In this document: positions 17,669 to 19,595 of the stretch, in pieces
Layout of the letters: every line of letters begins with the position of its first letter
Position numbering within the stretch: position 1 is the first letter of the stretch
From: Myxococcota bacterium
Lineage (GTDB): Bacteria > Myxococcota > XYA12-FULL-58-9 > JABJBS01
Assembly (NCBI GenBank): GCA_036339465.1
Contig: JAYZAY010000099.1
Coordinates: 1 to 19,595 of the forward strand
DNA: 19,595 nucleotides
Direction of reading: 5' to 3'
The notes under the pieces: model-generated
The model's input: the letters and a program-made list of their open reading frames with translations, nothing else
The model's database searches: none
What the model was told of the DNA's origin: nothing
Translations under genes and position numbers: made by a program

Positions 17669-18343
17669 AAAGCATTAATTGTTTGGTAGCTATCGTATTG
17701 AATGGTCATGTCAACGTTGAGTTGGGATAGATGATTGTAAGGTCGGTTTTTCTCTGACCTTTCAAGTGGCTATCATCAATGGATACTTCGTGGTCTTTAC
17801 CTCGCCGCGCGTTTCAGATTGGTGTTTGTGGAAAAGGCTGGTCTCTAGGTTGAACGGGCTGTTTCGAGGATGGGGAGAAGAGTTTCCCGTGGTGGAAAAA
17901 TCCATAGATGTCCAATGGGGCGGTTCGGCTCTTTGGTTCGAATTGTGTCCTCCGAGAATTTGTTGGTGATGGGTCGAGCGGCCAAAATTTCGTGGCAACC
18001 CATGGGTTCATATTGCTCGAAGGTTTCGACAAAATCACGGGATTCTGAGTGTTTGTGGCGGTATTGGATGTTTATCGGCTTCCAATTTTTTGTGAGATGA
18101 ACAATGATTTTTCTCCTGTTTGAGTTCCTGTTTCTCGAGTTTTTTGAGCTCGATGACGCTGTGGCTCTCTAGATGTTTCTCCCCACCCGATAAAATTGAA
18201 CTATGAATTAACCTTGCGCACCATGGACCAACGGCTTTTTGGCTCGGTATGGGCAACAAACGGTGATTTTCACCGAAGATCAACGAGAAAGAGTCCCCCA
18301 AGGTAGACCAACACCTTATTCATTTCTCTGATGGAGTTTCCTT

Positions 18344-19595
18344 ATGTTTCGTTCTTTTGCGCGTGCTCTGCGTCCCCTAAGCAATGCTTATACTCGCGGG
18401 CTACCACGACCGATGCCGCGCCTGCTCTCCCGTACGCCTATGGGTTTGCTGGCAGGTAACTATAAAGCTCCTTCGATTCAAACCCGGCCCGCCAGAAATC
18501 CAGCGACCAGTTTCAAGACCCGCCTAGCCTTACCAACTCCTGGTTCTTTCGGAGCTTTTGCTTCGGGGAGTGGTGGCAGTGGCAGGGCAGGAGAGGATGT
18601 TCCTCGTTGGGTTTTAGGAAGTGGCCTCGGTTTGGTGGCTTTTTTTTCTGGGGATGATGCGCACAAGAAGACAGACCAAATCCTGCATGAGCGCGGTTTG
18701 CGGCAATTGCTCAAAAAACATGGTTGGGCTCGAAAAATAAAACTCGGAAGTATTGTCGGATTGGGTGTTAACTTGAACGAGGAGCTACATCCTGAAACCT
18801 CCTCTAGGGTTAAAGATGACCCAATTCGCCAAAAGACAACAGAAAAGATGAAGGCGGCGGGTTCTGAAGTTGTGTGGCTCGAGGCGTCTGGTTTACTCGA
18901 AATGGGTGCTTACGTTGGTGCTACCATACCGGTAGGGATTTTTGGGGATGGTACGGTTGGGTTTGATAGCAAGGGATTGATCGAATATCGGTTCATGTCA
19001 CCAATATCCGCAGAGGCTCAAAACAAGGGGGCGCGTGAAGTTCACGGAGGGACGTTACTTTTGCCGACGACACGCGAGGAATTGCTGGGAATTCATCCTG
19101 GTTCGGAATTTGAGATTCGGGGTTATGGTAAAATGTCGGGTAGAGCGCTGACCTCGGTAGGTCGTCGTTCATTCATTCCCGGTATTGGGGCTTCGACCGT
19201 TGCATCTGTGGGGGGCAATGCACTTTGGGAAGGCAATTTGATTCTCAAGGTGAAGGTTCTTGACGACCAAGGAAAAGTCGAAATGTTTGTAATTCGAGAC
19301 GAGAATAAGACAGGAAGAATTGAAGCGAGATTGAATGCGAGTCTTGGTCTGGATCCGACAAGTATGCCCACCTTAGGTAAGGGATATCTAGGAGTATTGG
19401 CTCGAAAGAAGGGGGAAAAAGCCATCTCCAGTTGCCTGAAGCGGTTTGGTCGCGCTGACTTCAACGCTTATTGGCAAGATACCAGCCGAGAGAATGGTAT
19501 GGGGCGATATGTTTTGGATATCAGAACTCCCGATGGATTGTGCGCCTATACGTCTCTTTTGGGACTGGAGGTAGATAAGGCTGAATCCTTGAGTG
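18344..19595 (+). CDS. Large hypothetical protein, 3'-partial (at least 417 aa, runs off the right edge); absent from the ORF track
   Basis: A GGAG SD at 18333-18336 precedes ATG 18344. The frame is open to the window end: MFRSFARALRPLSNAYTRGLPRPMPRLLSRT...VVWLEASGLLEMGAYVGATIP...GRYVLDIRTPDGLCAYTSLLGLEVDKAESLS. Confidence 0.8.
   Translation, partial: MFRSFARALRPLSNAYTRGLPRPMPRLLSRTPMGLLAGNYKAPSIQTRPARNPATSFKTRLALPTPGSFGAFASGSGGSGRAGEDVPRWVLGSGLGLVAFFSGDDAHKKTDQILHERGLRQLLKKHGWARKIKLGSIVGLGVNLNEELHPETSSRVKDDPIRQKTTEKMKAAGSEVVWLEASGLLEMGAYVGATIPVGIFGDGTVGFDSKGLIEYRFMSPISAEAQNKGAREVHGGTLLLPTTREELLGIHPGSEFEIRGYGKMSGRALTSVGRRSFIPGIGASTVASVGGNALWEGNLILKVKVLDDQGKVEMFVIRDENKTGRIEARLNASLGLDPTSMPTLGKGYLGVLARKKGEKAISSCLKRFGRADFNAYWQDTSRENGMGRYVLDIRTPDGLCAYTSLLGLEVDKAESLS

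Noticed and set aside
17290..17730. ORFs with (HCS)n, (SES)n, (LLS)n and (RAV)n repeats, including an apparent Cys/His-rich metallothionein-like protein
   Set aside because: They are alternative-frame readings of the same stop-free 9-bp repeat. The flanks are better explained as a riboswitch leader.
18167..18280. Sigma28-like promoter (CCGATAA / CCGAAGA) upstream of the last ORF
   Set aside because: There is no acceptable TAAA -35 element at the required spacing.

Overview
This is a bacterial chromosomal segment of moderate GC. The GltG/AgmX-type gene, the beta-propeller lipoprotein and the sigma54-type promoter suggest Myxococcota or a related deltaproteobacterium, but that is inference. 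Most genes are unlinked housekeeping or envelope genes: a partial DUF7009-like gene and fdhD, a stand-alone FlhF N-terminal-like protein, DUF1287, arsC, an MshEN-repeat/CheX fusion, a putative outer-membrane protein, argS, a CheY-like receiver, an ATP-grasp ligase, a beta-propeller lipoprotein, a DksA/TraR protein, a disrupted GltG/AgmX-like gene, a small membrane-anchored protein, TMEM220, ltaE, a surface lipoprotein, and a long partial ORF at the right end that the ORF track misses. I saw no rRNA, tRNA, CRISPR array or mobile element. Three signals stand out. (1) The ORF at 14507 ends in TGA followed 11 nt later by a SECIS-like hairpin, so it may be an unannotated selenoprotein ending ...C-G-P-A-G-U-S-S. 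(2) A divergent cobalamin-riboswitch-like leader upstream of the surface lipoprotein contains ten perfect copies of a 9-bp repeat within its aptamer. (3) The right-end protein has an N-terminus resembling a mitochondrial presequence.
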